Positions 1 through 14,412 of a stretch of 62,959 bases of DNA are shown here, in pieces. The stretch covers positions 1-62,959 of the forward strand of contig NOWV01000290.1 in the NCBI GenBank assembly GCA_003344405.1. Reading direction: 5' to 3'. The notes under the pieces were generated by a model. It made no database searches. It saw only the letters and a program-made list of their open reading frames with translations, and was not told the DNA's origin. The translations under genes were made by a program, and so were the position numbers. How positions within the stretch are numbered: position 1 is the first letter of the stretch; every line of letters begins with the position of its first letter. The stretch comes from Trichoplax sp. H2 (Eukaryota).

Positions 1-433
1 CTTCTCCAGGCACTATTAAACATTAACAGCATTTTAAATGTACTTAATAGTGTAGATCAAAACAAGTTTACGTAAACTTTAAAACATTAACGACTCATTC
101 GACTTTGCGTCGGCTCTCTGTGCAAAGATTTATGTCAGTTATTGTTTAATACTAGCACAATTAGCTATCCTGATGACGCAGCACCGTATATGGCTGTTGT
201 TAGGATTGTATTCATGTACTGTTACTGTATTACGCTATGATCCGATGATGTAGGCTTGTATTGTACGCGTTACCCGTTAACGGTAGCGTGCTTGTTGATC
301 GCCATATAAGTAAATGTTGAATAAGAAGTAAACATTCTGAAGCTAGTCAAGTACTCATCATTAAGTTGACTTGACAGTTATCTTACTTTAGCCTAGAATT
401 TTTTAATAGCTGAGAATGAACCTTAGTCCGTAA

Positions 434-1286
434 AAATAAAAGCGTAAGAGTCAAAACCAATTGATCACAATCATCAAACTATTCATAAGACATTTATTTT
501 ATAATTAATCTGATGCCATAAACTTCGATAAATGAATTAACAAAGATTTTGAAATAAAGAAAGCATCTAATTAAATTGGAATACAACATACGGTGCTGGA
601 CTACTATTCTTATACGCGTAAATAGCTAATAATCTGCAATCTAATAATTAACAATTCTATACAATAAAAGCTTAAGAATCAAAACCAATTGATCACAATC
701 ATCAAACTATTCATAAGACATCTATTTTATAATTAATCTGATGCCATAAACTTCGATAAATGAATTAACAAAGATTTGAAATAAAGAAAGCATCTAATTA
801 AATTGGAATACAACATACGGTGCTGGACTACTATTCTTATACGCGTAAATAGCTAATAACCTGCAATCCAACAATTAACAATTCTATACAATGAAAGCTT
901 AAGAGTCAAAACCAATTGATCACAATCATCAAACTATTCATAAGACATTTATTTTATAATTAATCTGATGCCATAAACTTCGATAAATGAATTAACAAAG
1001 ATTTTAAAATAAAGAAAGCATCTAATTAAATTGGAATACAACATACGGTGCTGGACTACTATTCTTATACGCGTAAATAGCTAATAATCTGCAATCTAAT
1101 AATTAACAATTCTATACAATAAAAGCTTAAGAGTCAAAACCAATTGATCACAGCCATATAACTATTCATAAGACATTTTTTATAATTAATCTGATGCCAT
1201 AAACTTCGATAAATGAATTAACAAAGATTTAGAAATAAGGGAAGCATCTAATTAAATTGGAATATAAGATTATATACGGCGCTGGA
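434..1286. repeat. Tandem repeat, 227-228 bp unit, ~3.7 copies
   Basis: AAGA(G/A)TCAAAACCAATTGATCAC recurs at 446, 674, 901 and 1129; the units are nearly identical. Confidence 0.95.
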
Positions 1287-1729
1287 ACGAATTTTATTGT
1301 AAAACTATTTAAGAAATGTATTAATTGTTTCATTATAATAATAGGGCAAATCTATATTGTACGCCTACAATAAATAAAATCAAAAGTAATAACTCAGTCT
1401 TAGAACGATGCCAATAACCTACTGACTATATTTTGAACATTACCTTTATAATTTTGTAAATATAAAGAAATTGCTATTTTATGCCAAGGCTTACTACGAT
1501 TAAATAATACCTGAATTTATAAGACAGTAAGTAAAATGGGCTTACAATAACAATTCTATGTAGCTTGCAAATCTTACATCAAATAAGGATTTCCTATCTA
1601 TTCTCGTACAATATAAGATAGTAATCTACATTCTTTGCTAATTCAATCATCCGTGTTAGTTATGATAATTCACTTACAGATTTATGTCAAAGAGTATCGT
1701 GTCTTATCGTAAATCTCTACAATATGTTT

Positions 1730-4100
1730 CATTTATTATTTACATGGTTTATGATATAGGCTCTAGTAATTTCATTTTGCAATCTCCATTCAATATTTTG
1801 TTTCATTTTAAATCTTAAATGAATTCTTTGAAAGAGAATCTGGAAACAATTTATACGAATTTTGTCCTTTTGTCAACAATAGCTCATATTATTAAATTGG
1901 GGAAATGCTTAAAATTAAAATATTTAATTTATCGCTTGCAATTATCCGTAAATAATTATGTATATTAACTCATGGAACAAAAAAACATTTCGAAATTACA
2001 GTACAAGTCTTTTCCTTTTTATATTGTAGAAGTTAGAAATGATACTGTTAGTAATCCTTCCTCAATTACTGATACCGAATGTAGTACAGGCCAAATATAG
2101 CTTAGATTACGATCCAAGATCGTACAAAAATACTATACTGTAGGTTAAATCGTAGGTTAGAGTGTATGATTGTATTAATTTCTATTTGTAGAAGACGTTT
2201 ACAGTACGTATTGTAGTAATTGCATCGAGATACTTATATTAAGATTCTGAAATAATAATAGATTGTGCTAATTATGTTAGTAGTGTGAGATATGTGTTGT
2301 GAGGCTTTATTTAGAAACACAAATAATGCATTGATAGCGCGATAGTAAATTTAGATATGAACTTGTAACTTAATTGGTAAGATATGATTTTATTATAGGG
2401 AAAATCATTGCGTTACTAATTGTATATAAATTGTGAATATTACTATAATAATTTAGATAGTCCTTGGTAGTTATGAGACGAACCTAATCTTATGTAGCAA
2501 AACGAAGTTTACAAGAAGCTGTAGTTCTTATTATACTTTGGAGAAGGCACTTTATCACATACCGCATGGAGTATTACTAATTTAACATCAATTCTAGATT
2601 TAAGTAGTATATACGAGTAATATTTTAAGCGTTTTTAACAACCCGTACTAGCAGTTGTCTACTAATACCAAAGAGACAATTATTGTAACACAGTGTAATC
2701 CTTGACTTATCCCTAAACAGAGCGCCTAAAATATAAAATTGATACTAGATAAACAGTACATTACAGTACAATACTTTGAAAGATTTGTCCAACAAATAGT
2801 AAATCTGGACCTGGTTACATTGTTGCGCAAAAATTCGGGATAGGACGGGATGGCTGGTTGGGTGCGGTCTCACGTAGAAGCGCTAATACTTTACCATTTC
2901 TAATGCTGGTCCTTCATCTTACAATGTCAACAACAGTATCTTAAAAGAACTACTGTGATGTTTCCCATACTATTTTTGCATCTTAGAATGCCAACAACTA
3001 CTGTAAGCCCCACTTCTATTATATAATGTATGACGAAGTGATTTAATGTAATTTAGTATACTGTACATTGTATTGTACAGTCACTCTTTATACTATCCCT
3101 CGTCGTAATACATGCGTATTTTGAAATGCCGCAAAACATTGCCTTTTGCACGTATACCTTCAATTTAAATTTTATAGATTTAAATTATGATAAACTACGA
3201 TTTTAGCTTACCAGTCTATACATATTGAATAAAGCATGCTAATTATTTACTCTACCATTCTTCGGAAGCTATTAACAAAAATCTAAAGTTTTGTCTTTCC
3301 TGATAATTTCGTAATCTCCATTGCTAACTTTCCTCCTGATTTTTAAATGTTCAACATCTTAGTATATTGCTAACATAGTGATCATAGGTGACTAACATAC
3401 GTTAATCAATTACTGATAAAAGAACTAATGCAAGAATTACAAGATCAGCTAACATCTTTTTACATTTATCACTATAAGTCATTTAAAAGAAGCAGCATTT
3501 AGAATTATAATTATGCTAACTATTTCCAAATCTCTTACAATAGCAAGCGGGTTAGGTCATTTATTTTGGTAGTAATAATAGTATCACGTAAAAAAAGTTA
3601 GTAATATTTGGTAGAGTAGCCTTATCAGAGAGACAAGGACCTTAAAATTACAAGATAGTCTATAATTTAGACGTTTTGCCTAATAGAGTATAGTTGCTTC
3701 GTATTGAATGTGTGACTATAAGTAATTTACACTAGATTGTATGTTATGAAGCGACTGATTCTCTGAATAGGCGTATTGTAATCCTTGACTTATCCCTAAA
3801 CATAGCGCCCAAAATATAAAATTGATACTTGATAAACAATACGTTACAGTACAGTAATTTGAAAGATCTATCCAACAAATAGTAAATCTGGACCTGCTTA
3901 CATTGTTGTGCAAAAGTTTAAAACTTTCGTTAAAAAAATAATAAAAACGTATGACCAAAATGTAATGGAGAGAGTGTGATAATATGGTATTGCAGAATAT
4001 TTCTGTTAGGTTTGTTCGCTGATTCTGAACAGAATACGCGGACGACCTAAACTCTATCTTAAGAATGCCAACTGTCTTCTTTATTCGCCCAACCAAATCA
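1730..4100 (+). pseudogene. Possible decayed, locally duplicated coding remnants (LRR-like)
   Basis: A ~135 bp block is duplicated at ~2695-2832 and ~3777-3915. It translates as VILDLSLN / NIKLILDKQY(I/V)TVQ.FER..QQIVNLDL.TLL.K, with a different stop in each copy. Other protein-like pieces (IIKLGKCLKLKYLIY near 1890) are interrupted by stops. The family assignment is weak. Confidence 0.3.
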
Positions 4101-5902
4101 ACATAAGTAGGTCTTCTATCTATAAACTACATTTCTAAATGAAAAGACTTGAACAGTCACAATAGTACGATACACATAGAGAACCCATAAGTGTAAATCT
4201 GTAATATACTCCAGTCTGTGATCATGTAAAACAGATCTCTTTATTCTCAAGTACCCAGTTAGCTATATCCGCTATATTCAGCAATAGCAACAACTGAATT
4301 ATAATTACATCGACCTAATTCCATCTACAATATTACAGTTATTATTACCAATTATAACATCCACCACAAGAAAAGATAGACTAAAACCTTTACTGTAGAC
4401 TCAGAGTAAAACGTCCGCGCTTCCACTAGAATTAAAGTAAGTCACAACACCACTTTATTATATTGTCGTGCTTATAGCGTAGGATATTTTTAAGCAAGAT
4501 TTATATTGACTTTCTCTACAGCTGCAGTTACGGATTCTCTTAGTATGCCTCTGCAGGTTTATTTTACTAATGGTATTTATAGCTTATTCACATGCGTCCA
4601 TATAGCAGTATAATAAAAACATTTTAGTTTTAGTTTTATACTCTATTTCTACTTGTTTCATCTAAAGGCTTTTCATTTAATTTTCGTCGTTACAAAGTTC
4701 GAGAATTTTTACATATTAGCAACGTGATAGTTTAGTTTGTACTTTCTAAATTCTTAACAAGTTTACAAATTACACCTTAACCCGGATCAATTCAATTATA
4801 TCCATGGATTGATGGTCTTAATAGTAGTACTTAGTTATCCAACGATGTTAGCCAAACTACAGTATTGTGTGTACACTCCATAGTCATACATGATACTTTT
4901 TAACTATGCCATGGGTGCCTTTACCATTCACAAGCGTTGTGAAAGGTAGCGGAAATTATTTAAATTTTCTCAGCGATTCTGTGTACGTTATGTAGTAGGC
5001 TCACCGCACTACGCAGAATTAATGCCAGAGGTAAAGACACCGACTACACTGATTGGGATGGTAAATCATGTTGAAGAAGAAAAACATTAAAAAATCCCCT
5101 AAAAAATATCGTTACATAAGCGTGCGTCTTCGTGGAATAAATTTTTTGTATTCTAATAAGCTACATCTTTTACAAAGTTTTCTTTGCAATATTCAAAAGC
5201 GATAAACAGCATTCGCAATGAATAATTTTCAATTGATTTTACTTCACTAAATTCAATTTTTACTATCCTTTAAGTTGCAGAGCTTATATATTAAAGCAAT
5301 TGATCAAATCCTCAGTTGATACAGGATATCAATGACGACTGGTTGAAATGAGTCATTAAGTAAATCATTAAGTAAATCAAGGCCATGCGAGTACTGTAGC
5401 TACATTAAATCAGGCCAAGATTTACAATCACTGTAGTGTCGTGATGTCATGGTGTACAGCAATGTTTTGAATCAGAGCTGAGTACGTAATTATACGATCT
5501 AAATTTTGAAACATTGTGGTTTCAAGGACTCCACGTTATAGTACGGTAATAGTTTAGTCGATATAGGAGAAAGAAAAACTACTCTGTTATTAAGACTGTA
5601 TAGAAAAACGATATATGACATTGCCGTTCCTAAACCCCTTCATGACATGCAGTAAGTCCATTTTGAAAAGTAAAGTTTTATTTACAGTTTTCCTATTATT
5701 TTGTGATATTTTTACTTTTCGATAAAAGTTGTTGTGGTTCGTTAGTCGTTCATAAGACAAACTGAAAATCAAAACCCAGCAGTAAATTTCTGATATTATT
5801 GATTACAGCTGACTGGTATTTTGTTAATTGCTGGTAATAAAGAAAAATAAGAGAATGACAGATAGGCTAACATCTTGTTAAATTAAATTTATCATAATAA
5901 AC

Positions 5903-8649
5903 TTATTCAAGATGAATAGCATTCAGCAATTCAATCAAATTATCCATTTCAAAATCTTTTGCTATATCAAGCGGCGTCAAGTCTCCCATTTTGGCATAAA
6001 CGTCAGCTCCGGCCGCTACTAAACTTCTTACCATAGCATCATCACCTATATTAAATCATCACAATATGATAACATAATTCATTAATTGTCTCTTCATATA
6101 CGACCACATACAATGATCAGACTACCGGATTAATTATAGTTATTTTATGATTTTTAATCAGTGAGAACACATAGTTCAGTTGGTCATGTATAGATGAATA
6201 AAATAAATAGATACACTGTCAAACTACAGAGCTATTGATGAATACTCCAATAACAGCCTCACTAAGTAGCTATAATTATCGAAAGGTTCCTTAATTCGAA
6301 ATACTAAAGCTAGGATGATATAAGAGAAGTGCAAGTAAATAATAGTAATTGCACTACTGTCGAGTCTTCTACCGTCCCTGAAAGAATAGATAATTTCTGA
6401 CTTACCATTCATAACAGCTAGATGTAATGGAGTTGCATTATTGCATTGTTCATTAATAACATTAACCTTAGCACCTATCTTTAGTAGCCATTTGACCATA
6501 AGAGTATCGCCACGACCAATAGCTGCATGAAGAGGTGTATTGCCTGATTCACCATGATGATTAATATCAATTTTACCTGGATGCTGTACATAGTTACTTA
6601 ATTAGATCCAAAATATTATTGAAAAAGTAATGAACGTTCTGTCTCAATGTTATAATTCACTATTGTCTATATACAGTACTTCAGTATAATCAAATACGTA
6701 TGCAGACATTAGGAATAATCAAGAAAGACAGAAATCATTTGACTAAATTTGAATGACTTTAAGGTACCATAGATACAAGATAGTATCACCTTTTGAATTA
6801 AATACGTTAATATGGACGAGGAGTTGGCCATCACTCCGGTGAAGAATAATCTGTTATAATCTTCTGGTAATAATGATGTAATCGATAGGACTTGATCATC
6901 GAGAATGTATTGTATAACATCGAGATATTGAAGCTGAATTGCTTGACAGATAATTTCTGTGATATTAGAGACTTTATCGTGTTGAAAACGACTGTTTTCT
7001 TGCTGTAGTTTATGATAAAACTCAATAATTGCAGATGTCATATTTAGTAGAGCATGAGATCGTATAGCAAGGACAATTTGAGCACAGGTGCGGTTACTTG
7101 TTTTACACTTAACCGCTGAAAGCAACTTCTTGTAGGCTTTATGACGACCAGATGACAGAGTATACACAACATCCAAGAAAAAGAGCTGTCGATTGACAGC
7201 AAATCGAGTGCTAGAGAATAAAATCGTGAATGATAATGGTCAAATTAGTCTCAACTAATGGCTTAGCTCCCAGTATGATAAAACAAGTACTGCATGTCTA
7301 ATTTACTGCAGTTTTGAATAACATAATTAATCTATTTAATACGGATGTTAGCTTTCAGTTAACAGACTGACGATTTGAAAGAAAAATGATACATGAACAG
7401 TAAATATGATACTCTGTATCAATTTATTACTACTGTTACAGTATTTGTAAGTAATCCTAAACATTGTTTATTAATTTTCTGTATGTTTTTAACGTTGCTT
7501 TTGCATAGACTGCTGTTTATATTTACAAATCTCAAAATGGTTGAAGTAGAATTGAAGCTAATGCTTGTCGAAGTGGGTAAGGTTTACTAACATTTATTTG
7601 ATTTGACACTTTATAACTTGACTAAGCGTTTACTGATGCAATCTGTAAGGTTTTGTTGATATAAAAACAAAATATAGAATACTTAATGTGGACTCAATTC
7701 TAACTACATGGTTAAAATTTGGTTGTAAGCTAAATTTTAGCTAAAAATATTGCTTGTCGCAGTTTACTAGAGTTCGATTTGTCACTTATTGCTAAATTAA
7801 GTAATATAATGAATTAGCATACGAGTATATCTACTGTATGTAGTTATGCGTTTCTATCTACATACGGGAACTCGGGAATAATAGCGTAAATAAGCTGTTC
7901 TAAAGTAGACTCTTCTAGTTGTGATTGTTGGCCACCAAGAAGAATTATCAGATGATCTCGTATAATTTCCAACTCCATCTTTAAAAGGTCTAACTTTTGT
8001 TGTGATGGAAAAACGGATATCCAAAAATGACTGAACTGAGTCATATTATCACCAGTTTGCCACCATTCATGTAACCTCATCACTAATTTATTGGATTCCT
8101 TCAACCAATTCTCTGCAATAGTTTTTACAATAGTCAATAAATGATTGATAGTTTTTTTAAAGTTCAGTTCTAAATTATGGCACTACTTTAACTTATCCAT
8201 TCTTTTCACTTACCAAGAATATTACTATCTACTCTAGTTATAATTGATTCGAGGTCTTCTGTTTTGATTAGAGGTTGTATAGACGGCAAAACCGCCTGTT
8301 GTTTGGCAATCGTTTGAGGTGTTTTAGAAGTTGCTTTACTGTTGATCGTATGTAGTGGCCTTACTGGGCCGCTATTAGGGCGAATATCTTCTTTTTTTTT
8401 GGTAATATCACTTAGTGGTGATAATACTCTACCTGAACGTACTTTGGCGCTATTACTTTTAACCGTTCCTGATGCCCCAGGAGGTGGCGTTGGTTGTTGA
8501 AAGGGATAAGAAGAACTTCTATGGAATGGATGTTTAGCTAAAGTAACGTGCGGTACATCTTGTTGAGAAAAGTCTTCATCATCGATAGCGCTATATGATA
8601 ACCGCGATACGCATAGTAAATCTCTTATTTCTTCCACTTGATCATCCAT
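5903..8649 (-). CDS. Ankyrin-repeat protein with uncharacterised N-terminal helical region (5 exons)
   Basis: Exons 8649-8214, 8169-7866, 7210-6790, 6583-6406 and 6045-5903 join in frame via GT-AG introns. The C-terminus has ankyrin motifs GNTPLHAAIGRGD, ATPLHLAVMNGD and LTPLDIAK. TAA at 5905-5903. Confidence 0.85.
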
Positions 8650-10347
8650 CTTGTATTTTTGAATATCGATAAGGCTAGTAACTAAAGCAGACTATAGTAT
8701 AGAAGCAGCCATGTAATAGATTAGAATGAATTATATGTTTAAACCTTTATGATATATAAAAGGGCTGACATGCGTGTATCATAGTGCTACTATCATGCAA
8801 ATTTTAGGCAAGAATAGCATCTGTAGTAGATAATACAATGATTGATTTTTTACCCAGTTAAGGCCCATTTATTAAATATAATAAATAGTCCGTTAATACT
8901 GTAAAAATTCATTTAATGATGTATATCCTGCAATTATCACGCATTGCTGTTCGAAAGTTCAGTCCAGTGTTTATGGATGATATCAAATGATTAAGTTCAA
9001 GATACATTGGAGAATCGTTAATTATGTTATGAAAGTTGATATTGAAGCGGAGAATAATTTTATTTACGAAAAGTACATGAACTATTGTCCTTTTCTGAAT
9101 AATTATACTTTATTTTGTTGCCTATGCTGCATTTTGTGGGAGATTAACAAAAATATTCGTAATTTCATTACAGCATCACTTATTTGGAATCGAATAAAAT
9201 TTTGAATCCTTACAGTTTCATGAAAACTGTCATGCACGCATTGTAAGTATAAGCGGATACAATTGGATAATGGGTCCAAGCGAACTAGCGAGTCCATGCG
9301 AGTAGTAGTAAACGGTTAGGAATCGCCAAGAAATATTTACGTACTACTGTAGAGTATTTAAGTAAGAGATCTTGCATGAAACGATTGATTGGCCTGCAAT
9401 TCAGTACAATCTATCAGTAGCTTGGCCTGGATGTTGTAAGTTTTGTGGATTACCGATTTACATCGTTGCAACATGTTTGCATTACAGTATCCGCTCTCAT
9501 CTTTCGATAATATCATTAATGTAAAGTCCCCTTAGATATCTCAGTAAATTACAGTTGCAAGTAATCAATAACAAAACGTATATCTTTTAAGGCTAAAGCC
9601 AGATGCTTCACAGGCACATCAAAGGCATCGGTTTTATGAGCCTAAAATGAGTTGATCATACAGCCTCTCCCTCCGGTAACTACTGCTTTTCTAAGAATTA
9701 ATAAAAAACAAAAGTAGACACCCTCTCATTTACTTGGTAGTCTCTATAATTTCTAACATGATTATTATTCATGAAGTTCAAAGCTAATTAACGCTCAGCA
9801 CTATTGACCAAAGGATAGTTTGAATAACTTTAACGTCAATCAAGGAAATCTATTCAGAGATATTAACGCCAAAGGCAAAAAATTCAGCAAAGTAATACAT
9901 CAAAACGTTGCTTTTATTGTGATAATAAATGATTTTCGGAACCAAAGATAAAATTAATTCATAACATAAACTTACAACACAGCTCATGTAAACAAACCTG
10001 CTAATGCCCTACCTTGCGTATGGTGTATCTTATATTACAAACAAGACTTTGGCATGAATTTTGCTACTGCAAGAAGTTACGATTACGTTTAAAGGTAATA
10101 TTATTCAGGCTCTATTCGCTAGTCAAGTGTCAAGTACTGTTGTAACGTACGAGGCGTTGAAGATTTTATTACATGATTGTCCCAACTAAACAATCATGAC
10201 GATTGTGTTGTTTGACGTAAGAAAACCAGAATATTACCGGTAATTTCCCTGCTAATAAATCCTAAGTACATTTCAATTATGAAGTAGTTCTGATGTTGCA
10301 GGCCGACCTTTTTTATGTCTTTAACCACATATTGGTGTGTCAAGACA

Positions 10348-13300
10348 CTAATATTTTGGGAAGCCAGGAACTCTTGACGTTGGCATAATATTGGCTGCTG
10401 GCGGTGGAAGTCCATACGAATAGGGAGGCGCAGCATGTACGGAATTCGTGGGAACTACAATAACAGAAACGGGACAGAAATGTTCCGTTTATTGCTAACA
10501 AGCGAAATGCCAGATATCGCCTAATCAATATTTTTTTGAATAAAGATTCGAATAAATACTTACATTGAGGTTGGGCAGCTTGCGCTATCTTTGTCTTATA
10601 TTTTGCAGCCCTCCGCTCCTCCTGTATCAAAGTAGATAGCTTTATGTCAGATTCATGAATTTAAAAATAATACCGATATACGAGTAATCCTATGCATAAC
10701 TGATTGACAGTAATAAATCGATAATGTCATCGTCATTAAATAATGTACTGTAGTATGGTTAAAGGCAATATAGTAAAGTATGGGAAGTTATATCAAAGTT
10801 AAATGCATAGCAAAACGGCACATTAATATAATATAATTGACAAGAACTTGGGAGTTGTAGCTGAAAAAATTAAAGCGATACTGAATACTGAAAGATAGCC
10901 AATTTCAGACAAACTCAATTGGTTCAACTATTCTACTATTCTAACAACAATCGTGGAATAAGCAGCACACTAATCTGTCACATCAACCGCAAACCTCTTC
11001 TGTGTTACAAGCCTATATATTGACGGCAATACTCCTTGATATCAACGCTGTTAATGATACGCAATTCCAATAAATTCGGACTAAATTAGCAACGTAAAAT
11101 AGATATTACCAATACTCACGAAAAGTGTGTCAATGTGCCACCGTAATTCGTTGAAATAAACACATAGTAACTGTAACACATGTTGATTTCTGAATCATAC
11201 CTTAAATGACTGTTACTATCAGTACCAACGAGCGGTACGGTTAATATTAATAAATGTAACATGGAATGAGAGTTTACAGTAACAGCAATTAGAAATGCTA
11301 TTATGTTAAATAGCATTCACTTTGCAGTTTTATAATATTCTCTTCGTACCTTAAACCGGTTTCATCTCTGAAGATTCAGTCAAATAAACTCTTAATAATG
11401 ACGACAAAGAATAACGTAACCCCAGCCCAATAGCACAGTTTTGTAACTGACAAGTCAAGCTCAATCGTAGTAATACTTGACTGCTACATGTGATTAATGT
11501 ACATGTGCTAGTACTAATAAAGAGCACCAAGGCTATTTCTTACCAATGATATATCCTCTTCCGGATGGACTAACTTGCTAGTAGCTCCAACACTACTGAT
11601 AGTTGTAGATATCTTGGGCGTTGTTATTGGAGTGGTCTCAGCTGGAGGTGGTACACTGCCTACAAGCGATAGATTCAAATTACAACGGAAAAAAGTGGTG
11701 TTAATATGACACAAGATGCCAGTCTGTCGAACGAAATTTACAATTTCTATCCAAAAGATTTAGCTTGTTCAAGGTACCTTTACTATCGTTCAGAACCGGT
11801 TTGGCTTCAAAAGTTTTCGAATTCGAGATAGGCTTGAAATCTGCACCTACAGGGCCGGAACTAATTGTTGTAGAGCTACTAACTTGTGAGGCACTTGGAA
11901 ATAGCGGTCGACTTGGTGGGGCAGAATTATTAGCGGCCGATACCGGAGGCGCTCTAATCGGCGGAGGCATATTGGTATTCGGTGGGGGCATGTTCGGAAA
12001 TGGAAATCTATTCATTTGTATTACAGCGATTTTGGTATTTAATAATTTTTGAATTAACGTTTACTTGTTCATATAATGTAAAAGGAGTATATTGACAGTG
12101 GCTTTAACGGAAGATTAAGCCTATTACTGTCTACGTATTACCTAGCTTGCATTGGTGGTACACCAAATGGCACGGGTGGCATCGGCATACCGGTAGGTAG
12201 TCGGTCTGGTTTAGAAAAAGTAATGTTTGCACATTGTTTTAATGATGATAGCATATCTAAATCGAGGGTAAAGGGTTAGTACAAGCATAATTATAACTGG
12301 AGTAACAAACTTGGTTGAGGGTAGCCAGGCACTCCTGGACGCCAAAAACCGGGAGCGACCGGAGGAACAGCCGACGGCGCAAAAGCTGCTTGAGGAGTCG
12401 GTTGTTCGTCTGATTTTGCTTTTTTCGTCTCGGGTTCTAATTGGATGAAAATAGTTTAAACCTCGTTATCATATTATACGAAGTAAATCTTTGCAACATC
12501 ATCATCATTCATTGTCAATATCGATTACATTATATGTATAGAAAAGAATACGACTTTAAAATGATAACAAAAACCTGGCAAAGAATGAGTTATTGATGAC
12601 AAGATACAAATCATTGCAGTCAAATGCTTACATAGTATAGCCAAATAGCCATTGTTAGCTAGTTTGATAATATATTATTAAAATTTCGTCAAATGATTCG
12701 ATCGTCATCTACTGTAGTTTATCAAACTTTCGTTCTGTTGATGAAATACGTTATCGATAGTATTGCTTGATAGATAATGCGAATACTAGATGAAAATGAC
12801 AATTCTGTTTCCACGATGCAGCTTGAGTGGAACTGTTTGAAAATGATTTTGCCTTGCGTCATAAATATAATTTATGATCCGTTTGCCTAGTGGTAGACTA
12901 TGCGAAGGGCGTTTTTGTACGTTATAGTATCATGCTAGATTTCTAAAGTGAGATAAGGGATGTTGGTGATACCGACTACTATATTGTATTAAAATGTTAA
13001 AATAAGATGTAATCCTTGGTATCAATGTGCTAGAACAATTCAAGGGCAGTTAGTTACCTAGTTACAATAATGCTCAAAACGCTATACAAGTTAACAATGT
13101 CTACTTTAACTTTGTCAGACATTACTTTTAGATGATCAACACAGATAGTACAGTGAAAGGCTGTCATTTAGGTAATTAAAGAATTACTATAGGGATTGTT
13201 GACTCACTACAGAGATAGAAAGGTTTTGTTCTGCATCTACTGTATATATATAAGAGCGAAGGATCAACTAGGTAATTCATTAAGATTAAATTTTACCATC

Positions 13301-14412
13301 AACATCTCCTTTACGAGCCGCTCTTGCTTTAGCATCTTCTTCTGGTATCCCTTCAGTCCCATATATTTCAACTTCTGGATTGGTTCGGTTGGGTAAAGCA
13401 TTGGGTATTTCTTTAATTGTTTCACGATGAACTTGCATACAATGTATAGCAAGGCCAGGACCGGTATATAGTTTTTTATGGCATACAGGGCATTTAAAAT
13501 GTTTAGCTCGTTGATGCTGTATTAATATCTTTTCATCTTCAAAATCTCTACCACAGTACCTGGATGATATTATACATTCATGAATCAAGGAAGATACAAA
13601 TCGACAATAGTCTAACGCAATCATCATTGATGTATGAAAGCATCATGGAATGTTTGTTACGTTATTTTTTGTGAATGATTTAGAACATATCAAGCACAGT
13701 ATGATCATATGTGTGATTGTAACTTCAAAGTGCTATCGTTCTTTCATCAGGAAAAATCGATCACAACGAGACATAAGAAATTTCTATCAAAACTAAAAAA
13801 GATTCCCGTTAAATAAATGCCTTAATCAAGCTTTAGGTAGTGTAGATCAAGTTTGGCTTGTTGACGACCGACAGTGGACAACATCGAAGAACGTTGTCAC
13901 TACGTCCAGTACAGTACAGTACGAGCGCGCGGGAATAACCGAGGCAAAACTACAGTAGTTTGATTGATCTCAATCACTCCTGTCTATTGTAATTCTTGGA
14001 TGTGCGCTCCAAATTGTAGTATTGATGTGCTTTCAATATGCTCTTTTTGCGGACTAGGCAAACTATTGACGTCCTAGTAAAACTGCTCAAAGCCAAGTAG
14101 CCTAACAAAAAAGGTCCATTGCAATGGGTATTACTTGGTGTCGCCATTGCAAGCAAGTATTGTACAGTGACAGCAGTACTGCTCTGATCTTCAAGACAAG
14201 ATGATTAATCAATCCTTTGAAGTTCAGCAATGGACGCTTAGTAAAAGAGCCATGCGGGCAAAGAAATAAATAAATTGAATTCATTGTGGTGTAACAAGAA
14301 ACTGTACAGACTTTTAGACTAGCCTGAATGAATTAATATCATGTTATGCATGGCAATATTAGAAAGGATACCAACACCAAGGCTTGACAGACTTCTTTTT
14401 CTTCCTTCCCAT
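10348..14412 (-). CDS. ZNF207: BUB3-interacting GLEBS zinc-finger protein ZNF207/BuGZ (8 exons)
   Basis: [58 protein letters not shown], a Pro-rich middle, and the GLEBS motif [13 protein letters not shown]. Exons 14412-14372, 13559-13297, 12436-12311, 12205-12142, 12007-11778, 11659-11544, 10621-10564, 10454-10348. Confidence 0.95.
13560..14371 (-). other. U12-type (minor spliceosome) GT-AG intron, ZNF207 intron 1
   Basis: Donor GTATCCTTT and branch point TTCCTTGAT about 20-30 nt upstream of the CAG acceptor, with no strong polypyrimidine tract. It splits the Trp codon in PWC(W)YC. Confidence 0.9.

Noticed and set aside
11765..12052. 95-aa plus-strand ORF
   Set aside because: Antisense shadow of a Pro-rich ZNF207 exon.
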